Shown here: piece by piece, positions 1 through 8,696 of the stretch | Position numbering within the stretch: position 1 is the first letter of the stretch | Layout: every line of letters starts with the position of its first letter | UHGV virus genome: UHGV-0189308 | Length of the DNA: 54,344 nucleotides | Strand: one strand, 5' to 3' | Source: a virus | Made by a program: the position numbers and the translations under genes | The notes under the pieces: model-generated | What the model saw: the letters and a program-made list of their open reading frames with translations, nothing else | The model's database searches: none | Told to the model about the DNA's origin: nothing

Positions 1-18
1 ATCTGTGTAGGGAGGCGC

Positions 19-1923
19 ATGAAGCTTGAAGCAATACGTTTATCTGGTTTTCAGTCGTTTGGGTATGAATCAACGGAACTCAGCCTTGAAGATATAACAT
101 ATATCATTGGTCCTAATGGTTCAGGTAAAACCGCAGTTCTTCAGGCTTTGTGTCGACTCTTTGCATTCGACCCCGCGTTAAGGCGGATCCAGCGTTCAGA
201 TTTTCACGTGCCCTTTGATGAGAAGGACGTTCCGCTTGAGCGCCAGTTGTGGATAGAGGCTGATTTTCTGTTTCCCGAACTGGAAGAGGACGAGGACAAC
301 AGTACCGTAGCACCCCACTTCAGCCATATGCGACTGGACGAGCCAGATGGAGTTCCGCGCGTGCGTTTTCGCCTAACAGCATCTATGGGAATAGATGGCG
401 ATATTGAAGAAGCTCTGGTATATGTCCTGGAAGTTGATGAAGATGATTCACCTCTAAATATCGCTCAGGTTCCACGCTCCGAACGTAATCATATCCATGT
501 ACACTATCTGCCTGCCAGACGCGATCCCGCTGAACATATTGCGTACGGTGCGAATGCATTACTCGGGCGTTTACTTCGCGCTGTCCGTTGGGACGCTGAG
601 CGTGAAAAGATTAAAAGCCTGACTAATCAAATAAGCGTCAGCCTTGCGGCCAATCCCTCGGTGAATGCTTTTAGTGAGAGTTTAAAGACAACATGGGCAA
701 CACTGCATAGGGGTAAATTTTTTGCTGATCCTAAAATTACTTTTGTCGCGTCAGAAATTGAATCGTTGTTAAGGCATCTATCGGTTTCATTTACCCCTAG
801 TCACGATGGCTCATTTGTCGATTTTTCAAGGCTGAGCGATGGCCAAAAATCAATGCTTTATCTTTCACTTGTCTTATCGTCTCAAGCTATTGGCAGGGCT
901 GTGCTTGCAGATGAAGATATATCATTTGATCCCGATAAATTACGTCCTCCGGTCTTCACACTGGTAGCCCTTGAAGAACCAGAAAACAGCCTTTCCCCAC
1001 ATTATCTGGGTCGCATTGTTAGCTCCCTGAATGCCATGATAGGAAACCTAGATGCACAAGCTCTCATTGCGACGCATGCCCCTGCAATGCTGCGTCGGGT
1101 GAGTCCTAAACTAATACGTTATCTTCGTCTGAATGAATCGCGAGAGACGTGTGTCACATGTATCACCTTACCTGATGAAACTGATGAGGCACATAAGTTT
1201 GTGCGGGAAGCCATCCAGGCATTTCCGGAAATCTACTTTTCACGGCTGGTCGTGCTTGGTGAAGGTGATAGTGAAGAAATTGTGTTGCCAAGCTTGCTTC
1301 AGGCAAAAGGTGCACCCATTGATGAGTCCGCCATCACAATAGCTCCATTAGGGGGGCGGCATGTAAACCATTTCTGGCGTCTGCTTGCAGCATTAAAGAT
1401 CCCCTATTTTACTCTGCTTGATCTTGACGTTGCCCGCTATGCGGCAGGGTGGGGTAGAATTAAGTACGTAAACGATCAATTTGCGATACATCAACCAGGG
1501 AAAAAACTCCCAGAAGATTACGGAATTCCAAAATGGAATTCTGAAAAATACAAAATTCGAGACTACGAACATTATCTTGGCAAGCTTGAAGAGCGCGGCG
1601 TGTTTTTCTCCTACCCGATGGATTTAGACTTTGCAATGTTACTTGCTTATCCGGAAGCCTATAACGTTGAGGAAGAGAAGCCCGACGATGCAACTATAAA
1701 AGCTGTTCTTGGAAAAAGTCATTACGATTCATCTCAGTACAGGGAAGATGAATTAGCGCTTTTTAATACCTATCACCAACGTTTCAAGCTCGGCAGTAAA
1801 CCCGCAGCTCACATTGAGGCGTTAACTCAGCTAAATGATGCTGATCTACTTAAAAACATGCCAGATTCACTGGATAGGCTGGCTGATGCGGTTATTGCCA
1901 AACTCACGGAACTGCCAGAATGA
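19..1923 (+). CDS. gajA: Gabija GajA-like OLD-family ATPase/TOPRIM endonuclease
   Basis: Walker A GPNGSGKT near the N-terminus. ABC-type signature LSDGQKS and Walker B LVALEEPE follow. C-terminal TOPRIM motif VVLGEGDSEE matches OLD family. Stop overlaps the start of the next gene (ATGA at 1920). GGGAGG RBS at 6-11. Confidence 0.8.
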   Translation: MKLEAIRLSGFQSFGYESTELSLEDITYIIGPNGSGKTAVLQALCRLFAFDPALRRIQRSDFHVPFDEKDVPLERQLWIEADFLFPELEEDEDNSTVAPHFSHMRLDEPDGVPRVRFRLTASMGIDGDIEEALVYVLEVDEDDSPLNIAQVPRSERNHIHVHYLPARRDPAEHIAYGANALLGRLLRAVRWDAEREKIKSLTNQISVSLAANPSVNAFSESLKTTWATLHRGKFFADPKITFVASEIESLLRHLSVSFTPSHDGSFVDFSRLSDGQKSMLYLSLVLSSQAIGRAVLADEDISFDPDKLRPPVFTLVALEEPENSLSPHYLGRIVSSLNAMIGNLDAQALIATHAPAMLRRVSPKLIRYLRLNESRETCVTCITLPDETDEAHKFVREAIQAFPEIYFSRLVVLGEGDSEEIVLPSLLQAKGAPIDESAITIAPLGGRHVNHFWRLLAALKIPYFTLLDLDVARYAAGWGRIKYVNDQFAIHQPGKKLPEDYGIPKWNSEKYKIRDYEHYLGKLEERGVFFSYPMDLDFAMLLAYPEAYNVEEEKPDDATIKAVLGKSHYDSSQYREDELALFNTYHQRFKLGSKPAAHIEALTQLNDADLLKNMPDSLDRLADAVIAKLTELPE

Positions 1924-3584
1924 TTACTGTCGAAGAATGGCAGCCCGCAGATGGATTGACGCTGGAACCTAATGCGAAACGTGCTGCGAAAGCGCGTAAA
2001 CGTTGCTTGGCACTGACTGCCGGACCGGGGGCGGGTAAGACGGAAATGCTTGCGCAGCGTGCTGATTTCCTTTTGCGAACAGGAACGTGTCGATACCCTA
2101 AAAGGATTCTGGCGATCTCATTTAAGGTTGATGCCAGCAGAAATCTTACAGAACGTGTTGAACGCAGGTGTGGAAGATACCTGGCTTCTCGCTTTGACAG
2201 TTTTACCTTCCACGCATTTGCCAAACGCATCATAGATCGATTTAGGCCGGTACTTACGGGAGAATATGCCTTAGATGCTGGTTACACCATTGTAGACAAG
2301 AAAAGCGGGGCGTCTCGTCACGAAATAGCATTCGGCGATCTGGTACCTTATGCAATTCAAATATTGCGAACGTCAAAAATAGCCCGAAATGCAATCCGGC
2401 AAACTTATAGTGACATTTTCCTTGATGAATTTCAGGACTGCACAAATTTACAATATGACTTAGTAAAGCTTGCTTTTAAGGGAACAAAAATTCGACTGAC
2501 TGCAGTCGGTGACACAAAACAGAAAATTATGGCTTGGGCAGGTGCTCTGGACGGCATTTTCCAGTCCTTCACAAAGGACTTCAATGCTGTGCCACTCAAC
2601 ATGTATCGCAATTTCCGCTCAAAACCAATTTTGCTGCGTGTTCAGAACGAAATTATTCGTAAGTTAGATCCTGACTCTGTAATGCCTGATTCTCAGCTGG
2701 AAGGGGACGAAGGGGAGGTTTTTGCCTGGAAATTTGAAGACAGTCAAACTGAAGCTATCTATCTGGCTGACCTAATTTATGAATGGATTAACACAGAGAA
2801 GCTACCTCCAGCTGACATTGCAGTCCTGATCTCTAAGCAACCAGATTTATATGCTGATCACCTCTTCAGAGAGTTAGAGCAACGCGGAATTCCCTACCGC
2901 AATGAGCAGCAAATGCAGGACATCACTGTCGAACCAGTGGCTAGGTTAATCGTTGATTACCTATCATGCCTGTATGGACATCGGGAACCTAAAGCCTGGA
3001 TTCGTCTGATGAATCAGCTGGTTCCCTTTGCTGATGAAGAAATTCAAACCAGCGTACGAAAAGATCTTGATCACCTGATTAAAAAGCATCGTAAGGGAGT
3101 GTCTGAAGCAAAAAAAACGGACCATCCCTTTTCTGAATGGTGGACATTTAGTCGCGCTTTCTTAAAGCATATAGGTTTACAGATGCTTGTTGCCTTATCG
3201 CCTGATTATGAGTCCCATGATCGTCTTAAACAGGTTGTGCGCGATGTTGAAGCACGTATTAATGATTTACTGAAAATCGAATCTGATTTACCCCTCGCAT
3301 TAAAACGATTTAGTGATGATCAAGCTGTACGCATTTTGACTATTCACAAAAGCAAAGGATTAGAGTTTGATTCTGTTGTAATCATGGCTATAGAAAATGA
3401 GATATTTTTTGGTGATGAAGAAGAGAATCGCTGTGCGTTTTTTGTCGGTGTTTCGCGAGCAAAGAGACGCCTTATTTTAACGCATACTGACAAGCGTGAT
3501 GAACCTGCTAATGCCAGGCATTGGAAAGTTTTTCGGACTGCTAGAGTAGAGTATTTAAATTATGTTATTCCATTTGTGAGGTAA
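1920..3584 (+). CDS. gajB: Gabija GajB-like UvrD/PcrA-family helicase
   Basis: Walker A LTAGPGAGKT, motif II FLDEFQD, motif VI-like VGVSRAKRRLIL. Translationally coupled to upstream ATPase/TOPRIM gene, which is the canonical two-gene Gabija architecture. Confidence 0.8.
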   Translation: MITVEEWQPADGLTLEPNAKRAAKARKRCLALTAGPGAGKTEMLAQRADFLLRTGTCRYPKRILAISFKVDASRNLTERVERRCGRYLASRFDSFTFHAFAKRIIDRFRPVLTGEYALDAGYTIVDKKSGASRHEIAFGDLVPYAIQILRTSKIARNAIRQTYSDIFLDEFQDCTNLQYDLVKLAFKGTKIRLTAVGDTKQKIMAWAGALDGIFQSFTKDFNAVPLNMYRNFRSKPILLRVQNEIIRKLDPDSVMPDSQLEGDEGEVFAWKFEDSQTEAIYLADLIYEWINTEKLPPADIAVLISKQPDLYADHLFRELEQRGIPYRNEQQMQDITVEPVARLIVDYLSCLYGHREPKAWIRLMNQLVPFADEEIQTSVRKDLDHLIKKHRKGVSEAKKTDHPFSEWWTFSRAFLKHIGLQMLVALSPDYESHDRLKQVVRDVEARINDLLKIESDLPLALKRFSDDQAVRILTIHKSKGLEFDSVVIMAIENEIFFGDEEENRCAFFVGVSRAKRRLILTHTDKRDEPANARHWKVFRTARVEYLNYVIPFVR

Positions 3585-3819
3585 CGGTCAGTCTCAAAAT
3601 TACTTATAACTCCACTTTTATTTTCACATCATTTTGGGCTAAACAGCATTAATTTTTACAATTGGTTATTCAAACATCGCTCAATAATCGATATGGAGTG
3701 CCATTTGCAACGTCCGCTCATGGCACTCAGCGGACATCTCAGCTTTGCCTCACCCCGGAATAATAAAACTTAGTTTTGACATCCCGTACCAGCTGCTGTT
3801 GATTCTATTTAAGGCATAA

Positions 3820-4266
3820 TCAGCACCTCGCCGCATTGCGCAGGCAGCGGTTACGCATTTTGGCAAGCAACCAGAGTTCGTTTGCTGTTGTAGCCATCCC
3901 AAGCATCGATGTGTAAACAGTCGCAGCCCGGCGCCACAGCTTTTTGTCTTCCAGCATCTTCGCCAGGGACAGTGCGTCATGGACTTTTTTCACATATTCT
4001 TCAGATAATTGTGTTGCAGCCTGCGGCAGGGCAACATCGGGAACCTCAACGCCTGCAACAACCCGGTAGACATACTGGCAGCCGTTATGGGTACGATGGA
4101 GTTTTCCCGCGGCATGTAGCTGCCGCAGCAAGTTACCTGCTGTACTGGCTTGCAAGTCCAGCGCATCACAGACATCCTGCAGGACGCATTCTGGCGTCCG
4201 GCTAACGATTGCAAACACCATCTGCGCTTTGGTTACTTTGGTTTTTGATTGTTTGGTCATGGTCAA
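3820..4266 (-). CDS. hypothetical nin-region protein, possible PerC/ANR-like regulator
   Basis: ORF of 148 aa. The tool's start is TTG; an ATG 6 nt downstream (4260) is more likely. C-terminal LWRRAATVYTSMLGMATTANELWLLAKMRNRCL resembles the PerC family from memory only. Confidence 0.3.
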   Translation of the reverse strand: MTMTKQSKTKVTKAQMVFAIVSRTPECVLQDVCDALDLQASTAGNLLRQLHAAGKLHRTHNGCQYVYRVVAGVEVPDVALPQAATQLSEEYVKKVHDALSLAKMLEDKKLWRRAATVYTSMLGMATTANELWLLAKMRNRCLRNAARC

Positions 4267-4273
4267 AACTCGT

Positions 4274-4993
4274 TTACTTGGTTAAACCTGCCGCCTTGCG
4301 GCGTTTGTACTCTTCCATCAGAAGCTGTGCTGGTGTCGGCCCAGCCGGATGTCGAGGGGATTCAAGCTGTCGGCGAATCGGGGGAATAGAAAACCCGTTA
4401 GCCAGGTGTCTAGTCCATTTCGTGAGTAAGTTTTCTGCCAGTCTTTTCAGCTCTCCCTCCGTCAGGTTCCTCTCAACTCCGGTTCTGCGCATCTCAATGC
4501 AAATGTGATACAGAACATCCTGTTTCCATGGGTATTTGTCGCTGCCCGAGTATCGGTAAAACTCATTCCTCCAGCGCTTGTATTCCGCCATTACAGATTC
4601 GGATGTCAGATTGAACGGGTTAGCACCGCTGGCAGATACCAGAGCAACGAATTCAGCCAGATCCGGTGGCCATGTGTTACCCGCGGCGCAGCGCTCCATG
4701 CACTGACTGCAGACCAGAGTAATCTGGGCTTCACTCATCGCTCCAATCTGGGCAATCCACATATCCGAGGGCGCCGCCCCGTTCTTCTGGGTCCACCGGT
4801 TCGAAAATATTTCCCCCATGACTGTCCATAGCCGCCATGCCGTATCCGCCGCCAGCAAGTCCGTTTTGCTTTTCCCAGCGTTCTCTGGCTGCCTGAATTT
4901 CCTGAACTGCCCGGGATGCGGTGTTAACTGGTTGAATTCCTGCATGGTCTTTACCTCCGGTTGCTGGTTGTGGTTTGGATTTGGCTCTGGCAT
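4274..4993 (-). CDS. lambda P-like replication protein (DnaB helicase loader)
   Basis: C-terminal half aligns by eye to lambda P (YPWK...LTEGELKRLAENL...IPP..RQLESP vs lambda YPWKSNAHYWL...LTDAELRRKAADEL...IPEPVKQLP). The 5' 263 nt overlap the O-like gene, so the true start is probably an internal Met (e.g. about 4738-4819). Confidence 0.7.
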   Translation of the reverse strand: MPEPNPNHNQQPEVKTMQEFNQLTPHPGQFRKFRQPENAGKSKTDLLAADTAWRLWTVMGEIFSNRWTQKNGAAPSDMWIAQIGAMSEAQITLVCSQCMERCAAGNTWPPDLAEFVALVSASGANPFNLTSESVMAEYKRWRNEFYRYSGSDKYPWKQDVLYHICIEMRRTGVERNLTEGELKRLAENLLTKWTRHLANGFSIPPIRRQLESPRHPAGPTPAQLLMEEYKRRKAAGLTK

Positions 4994-5714
4994 TTATCAC
5001 GCTGCGGGCAAATTTCTGCTCCCACTGAACCTGAGTGAACACTTTCCCCTCGGATTTCCAGTACGCGGTGAACTCTGCCAGCTCTGTCGGCAGGTATGCC
5101 GGTTCGGGAAGCGCTATACCCCAGGTAGCTGCCAGTCGCGGCCAGTCCTGTGACGGCAGCCAAAGGTCGTGCATGGCGAATTTCCCGATCGGAATATCCA
5201 CTCCAGGCAGATACTGAGGTTGCTGGGGAAAATTTCTCTCCTGCGCATAGAGAGTGGGGTTTGATCCTTTTCCCTTCCCTTCCCTTCCTTTTCCGTCAGT
5301 GAGTCCTCCATGAGGATTCACTGAGTCCTCACTGAGCCCTCCTTGATTAGGAGCTCTCTTTTCTTCCTTTCCTGCCTTAGACTCAGTGAATTCTGGCGGA
5401 AGAGGTATTTTTGAGGCCGAAGGCCTGTTTATTTTTTGATGCTTAAGGAAACCTTTAATCTGCAAATAGCAGACATCATTCACTGAATACTCAGTGAGTA
5501 ATCCATGAGTAATCAGTTCCTGTATTAGTGGTTCGCAATCGAGCACGTCCGCAGGGAAGATTTGCATCTTCAACCGTTTTGGCGAACGCTCAAGGCATCC
5601 CATATCGTTGGCGAAGTTGAACAACCCGATAAACAGGAGACGCGCTGGAATTGAACATTCCACCACCTTCTCATCTGTCCAGAATTCAGGTTTAACTGTT
5701 CTGATGCGGGCCAT
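4731..5714 (-). CDS. replication initiator (lambda O-like organiser), iterons embedded
   Basis: Sits in the O position between a cII-position gene and the P-like gene. N-terminal MARIRTVKPEFWTDEKV. Central low-complexity linker is encoded by the repeat/iteron DNA. Acidic C-terminus. Confidence 0.55.
   Translation of the reverse strand: MARIRTVKPEFWTDEKVVECSIPARLLFIGLFNFANDMGCLERSPKRLKMQIFPADVLDCEPLIQELITHGLLTEYSVNDVCYLQIKGFLKHQKINRPSASKIPLPPEFTESKAGKEEKRAPNQGGLSEDSVNPHGGLTDGKGREGKGKGSNPTLYAQERNFPQQPQYLPGVDIPIGKFAMHDLWLPSQDWPRLAATWGIALPEPAYLPTELAEFTAYWKSEGKVFTQVQWEQKFARSVINARAKSKPQPATGGKDHAGIQPVNTASRAVQEIQAARERWEKQNGLAGGGYGMAAMDSHGGNIFEPVDPEERGGALGYVDCPDWSDE
5290..5520. repeat. iteron cluster plus AT-rich segment: candidate origin of replication inside the O-like gene
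   Basis: CACTGAG(T/C)CCTC repeated at 5295-5342 in direct orientation, with the near-palindrome gaggattcactgagtcctc. Inverted copies at 5381-5393 and 5479-5510. AT-rich stretch gtatttttgaggccgaaggcctgtttattttttgatg at 5405-5440. Same layout as ori-lambda. Confidence 0.5.
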
Positions 5715-5765
5715 CTGAAACCTCTTATTAGCCAGCTGGTGCTGGTGGTCATTGTCAAAACTCGA

Positions 5766-6320
5766 TTAGAAAAACTGCGGCGCTACGGCGCTGATGCTCG
5801 CCAGAAGTGGTCCCGCCGCATCTGCAGGAAGCATGTTAAAAAGTGCAATTGCTGCCTCCCGAATTTCACGCTCTAACTTCTGCAACGGAGCACCAAGCAA
5901 TTTTGCCTGGTGCGCTTCGCTACACTCTTTGATTGCTTGAGCCACCAGCTCGCTTTCAGTCAATCCACGTTTCAATCCGTGTTTGCGCGCAATCTCAATA
6001 GGCATCGCATCAGCGATCGCTCCTGAAAGCTGCATGACGTAGCTGGTGTACTTCTCTGATCCGGATTCGTTTTTCAGGTAGCGGTACAGATTCTGTTTAT
6101 TGACGTTAATTCCGCGACCGTTTTGTTTTCTCCATTGCTCATCCACCAGCTGCGCGATGTGGTCCTGTGCACGTCCAGGTAAAGTCGACTCCCATTCCTG
6201 AACGGCAGCAAAAATTGCTCTACTCTTCATCCGAGCCCGGCGTAGACCGGAAAACTGATTTTCTGAGTTCAGTTGCAGGCCCATTACCGGGTTATGATTT
6301 TTAAAAGAGATGGTTTGCAT
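5766..6320 (-). CDS. hypothetical protein in cII/YdaT position
   Basis: 184-aa ORF immediately downstream of the cro-like gene (2-nt gap) and upstream of the O-like gene. No motif recognised with confidence. Confidence 0.3.
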   Translation of the reverse strand: MQTISFKNHNPVMGLQLNSENQFSGLRRARMKSRAIFAAVQEWESTLPGRAQDHIAQLVDEQWRKQNGRGINVNKQNLYRYLKNESGSEKYTSYVMQLSGAIADAMPIEIARKHGLKRGLTESELVAQAIKECSEAHQAKLLGAPLQKLEREIREAAIALFNMLPADAAGPLLASISAVAPQFF

Positions 6321-6322
6321 GG

Positions 6323-6577
6323 TTAAGCCTGCCTCCCACTCAGTTCTTTATCAGTCGGGAAGACGCTATCAAGCGAACATTCAGCTCCTAGTTTGTTAAG
6401 TGCATCCACAATAGAACGGCACTCCGTCAATCCAGGTTCGCGAAGGTTGGCCTCATAATTTGATAGACGCGAACGACCCCAATTGAGAGTTTTTGCAAGC
6501 TGTGCTTGAGAGATGCCCAGCTTTTGACGCTCAGAAGCAATGTTGTTCACTTGATTTCTCCTTGCTATTTGATGCAA
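6323..6577 (-). CDS. Cro-like HTH (XRE family) regulator
   Basis: HTH GISQAQLAKTLNWGRSRLSNYE. Likely real start is GTG at 6550, preceded by a perfect AAGGAG SD. Divergent from the cI-like gene. Confidence 0.7.
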   Translation of the reverse strand: MHQIARRNQVNNIASERQKLGISQAQLAKTLNWGRSRLSNYEANLREPGLTECRSIVDALNKLGAECSLDSVFPTDKELSGRQA

Positions 6578-6659
6578 CCAATTTAGTCACATTATGTGTC
6601 TATTGTCAATCTCAAAACGTGATCAATACGATGCCACAAAGCGTGGTAACATTTTGCAT
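6551..6659. promoter_or_regulatory. divergent cI/cro promoter-operator region
   Basis: Intergenic 109 bp between divergent HTH genes. Holds two CAC-N5-GTG dyads: tCACattatGTGt at 6587-6599 and cCACaaagcGTGg at 6634-6646. Confidence 0.5.
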
Positions 6660-7049
6660 ATGAAAAGCATGTCTGAAGTTGTCGGCGAGAGACTTAAAGC
6701 TCTTCGCGAAAGGAAAAAATTAAGCCAAGCGCAACTTTCTAAGCTGTGCGGCTGGGCTACGGCCTCACGCGTTGGTAACTATGAGCTAGGCGTGAGAAAC
6801 ATAGGTATCGACGATGCTGTTGTCTTGGCGAGAGTGCTGGACACTACCCCGAGTTATCTTCTTTTTGGTGATGAACTTAATAAAGGACAAGAACTCCCCC
6901 CAAAACAACGCAGGATGCTTCATCTTTTCAATCAGTTACCTGATACTGAGCAAGACAGAATGCTAGATCTCTTCGAAGTTCGTTTAAAAGAGATTGATGA
7001 ATACGTTGAGCGATACCTCCAAGGCAGATTCAAGAAAGACTCCGAATAA
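6660..7049 (+). CDS. cI-like prophage repressor (HTH XRE, no peptidase S24 domain)
   Basis: ATG at 6660 (MKSMSEV) within the tool ORF 6594..7049. N-terminal HTH LSQAQLSKLCGWATASRVGNYE. Short helical C-terminal domain without the Ser/Lys autopeptidase motifs. Followed by an intrinsic terminator. Confidence 0.7.
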   Translation: MKSMSEVVGERLKALRERKKLSQAQLSKLCGWATASRVGNYELGVRNIGIDDAVVLARVLDTTPSYLLFGDELNKGQELPPKQRRMLHLFNQLPDTEQDRMLDLFEVRLKEIDEYVERYLQGRFKKDSE

Positions 7050-7060
7050 CGTTGATAAAG

Positions 7061-7085
7061 CCAGCTAGATGCTGGTTTTATTTTA
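7061..7085 (+). terminator. rho-independent terminator after cI-like gene
   Basis: ccagctagatgctgg hairpin followed by ttttatttt. Confidence 0.6.
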
Positions 7086-7110
7086 TCCCCATCGGACACA
7101 TATTGTGTAT

Positions 7111-7141
7111 TGACAAAACAACACATATCGTGACTATAATA
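7111..7141 (+). promoter_or_regulatory. sigma70 consensus promoter (pL-like) with embedded operator dyad
   Basis: TTGACA (7111-7116) ... TGacTATAAT (7132-7141) with a 19-bp spacer. Spacer contains aCACatatcGTGa (7122-7134), matching the operator dyads in the cI/cro intergenic region. Confidence 0.5.
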
Positions 7142-7329
7142 ATCACACAGAAACACGTCATCGAGGCAGGAAGCCCACGAAGTAGCTGCCGGCGGCATAC
7201 GAAACACCGGATGAGATGACAGCAATATCAATCGCAGCAGGTTATAACGTTCCGCCGGCCGGCGTTACAGGCATGAGATAGGACATCACTATGAGAATAG
7301 ATATATCCAAGATAGGGAAAATTTACTTT

Positions 7330-7680
7330 TTACTCGTCTCCCCAATCAAACTCTCTGTCGCGCAGGATTTGGAGGCCCGATTCGGAGACCGCGTAATCAT
7401 TGCAGCTTTTGGTACTGATATCACGTCCATGGGCCTGGCACCAGGTGATGAAATCGTAAGTGCTGGCTACCACCTTCACAGCCTGGATACCGCTGTTTTC
7501 GTAGCGCTCCACCATGCTATCGGTGCGGATACGCCAGTCGTGGTAGTCAAAGGGAAGGACGTAAGCATCTGAAAGGATTTTTTGGAATTCTTCATAGTGA
7601 GCGGGATTTTCGTACCAGAAGACAGGTATAGGGCTACGAGACATTTTGCTCTCTTTTATTTGGCTGTGTGAGAGCGCCAA
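7330..7680 (-). CDS. hypothetical protein (gene A), convergent on cI
   Basis: Probable ATG at 7644 with AAGAGAG SD. Yields about 104 aa, rich in aromatic and charged residues. Conserved 27-bp element just upstream. Overlaps the antisense tool ORF 7291..7572, which I consider less likely. Confidence 0.4.
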   Translation of the reverse strand: MALSHSQIKESKMSRSPIPVFWYENPAHYEEFQKILSDAYVLPFDYHDWRIRTDSMVERYENSGIQAVKVVASTYDFITWCQAHGRDISTKSCNDYAVSESGLQILRDREFDWGDE

Positions 7681-7688
7681 GAATACCG

Positions 7689-7715
7689 CCGAGCCTGGAG
7701 TGGTGAAAAGACAGG
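7689..7715. repeat. 27-bp conserved element, copy 1 (ccgagcctgGagtggtgaaaagacagg)
   Basis: 26/27 identity with copy 2 at 8471-8497. Each copy lies immediately upstream (on the minus strand) of one of the two cI-convergent genes. Copy 1 is preceded by hairpin gcctctcccgagaggc. Confidence 0.6.
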
Positions 7716-7924
7716 AGGTGAGCCTCTCCCGAGAGGCGTTACCAAAGCCAGATTAAGAGCTGGTTTTGGTATCCAGGCAACACCAATCACCACACAGTGG
7801 TTGGGAACCATAAAACGTTCTGCTACCCGGCGAAAAGGGTCAAAATTTCGCTTGCCAGAGTGCTAGGCAAAAAAAAGCGCCCCGATGGACGCTTAGCTCT
7901 TTAACAATCTGGATATCTTTAACA

Positions 7925-8395
7925 TCAGTAGCTGGCTGGAGGTGCAAAATCTGTATCAAACACATTCTTACAGGAGGGGCATCTGCTTTGATTGAAACTC
8001 GCATACATACTCACCTGTTGAGGTTGCAGTATAGATACTTTATTTGCAGCAAAACAATGTGGACAAAGATGCACGGTTATTTCCGTATCACCCACAATCT
8101 GGTTCTTGGAATACACCAGAGAACCAGAATCAAATTTATTCAGAAGATAACCTTCAGTCTGTCTTTTAAAATCTTCGAACTCTGCAATTTTTGCTTTGAG
8201 ATGCATTATCTCTTCATCACGAAGGCGAATAGCATCGCCAAGAGAGAAGCATTCAGCCTGAAGAGTAATTAGTTTGTTCTGGAGATCGATGGTTGCAGCT
8301 TTAACTTCTGCATCAGTCTTTGCGTCATTAATAACTTTAACAAGACCCGCAGTCTCTTTGATAGCGGTCATAGCCGCAGATAATTCAGCTATCAC
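7925..8395 (-). CDS. hypothetical protein (gene B): N-terminal coiled coil, C-terminal C4 zinc ribbon
   Basis: 156 aa. Heptad-like N-terminus (LQNKLITLQAE...IMHLKAKIAEFEDFKRQ). CPHC-x27-CPSC at the C-terminus. Tool start is GTG at 8395 with an AAAGAG SD; the alternative start is ATG MTAIKE. Confidence 0.45.
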   Translation of the reverse strand: MIAELSAAMTAIKETAGLVKVINDAKTDAEVKAATIDLQNKLITLQAECFSLGDAIRLRDEEIMHLKAKIAEFEDFKRQTEGYLLNKFDSGSLVYSKNQIVGDTEITVHLCPHCFAANKVSILQPQQVSMYASFNQSRCPSCKNVFDTDFAPPASY

Positions 8396-8470
8396 TGTAA
8401 ATACTCTTTTTTGTTGTTGGGGATATCCAGATTAAACGAATCCTTGTTGTTGGGGAATAGCCAGGATCCA

Positions 8471-8497
8471 CCGAGCCTGAAGTGGTGAAAAGACAGG
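8471..8497. repeat. 27-bp conserved element, copy 2 (ccgagcctgAagtggtgaaaagacagg)
   Basis: See copy 1. Tandem TTGTTGTTGGGGA repeats at 8412-8424 and 8446-8458 lie between it and the gene B start. Confidence 0.6.
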
Positions 8498-8696
8498 CAT
8501 GACGACTAGTAGGTTTTGCAATGCGGTGAATGCGGCTATGCGCACGCGGCACAGTTAAAAAATAAACATGGCGGTTATTCACATGTTGTGGGGAAAAAGT
8601 TGTCGGCGGTAGTTGTTAACTGGCTGCCGTCACCGGGAGGCACCCGGCGCCGCATTGCAAAACCACATCCTAATACTGAGTTAACTGGAGATAACT

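Noticed and set aside
3600-3740. Inverted repeat gagtgccat...atggcactc downstream of the gajB/nin-region gene
   Set aside because: A 9-bp stem with a 15-nt loop and no U-tract on either strand. Not convincing as a terminator, and nothing else supports a function.
4209-5311. Several 60-111-aa ORFs on both strands across the P-like/O-like genes
   Set aside because: They are nested inside, or antisense to, the replication genes.
5766-6320. Calling this gene a YdaT-family toxin
   Set aside because: Only positional analogy (downstream of a cro-like gene). I could not recall a specific sequence match, so it is listed as hypothetical.
7291-7572. 93-aa plus-strand ORF downstream of the pL-like promoter
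   Set aside because: It overlaps gene A on the opposite strand. Gene A has an RBS and globular-protein-like composition, whereas this ORF is Ala/Val/Gly/Ile-rich. I kept it as an alternative, since the consensus promoter does point into it.
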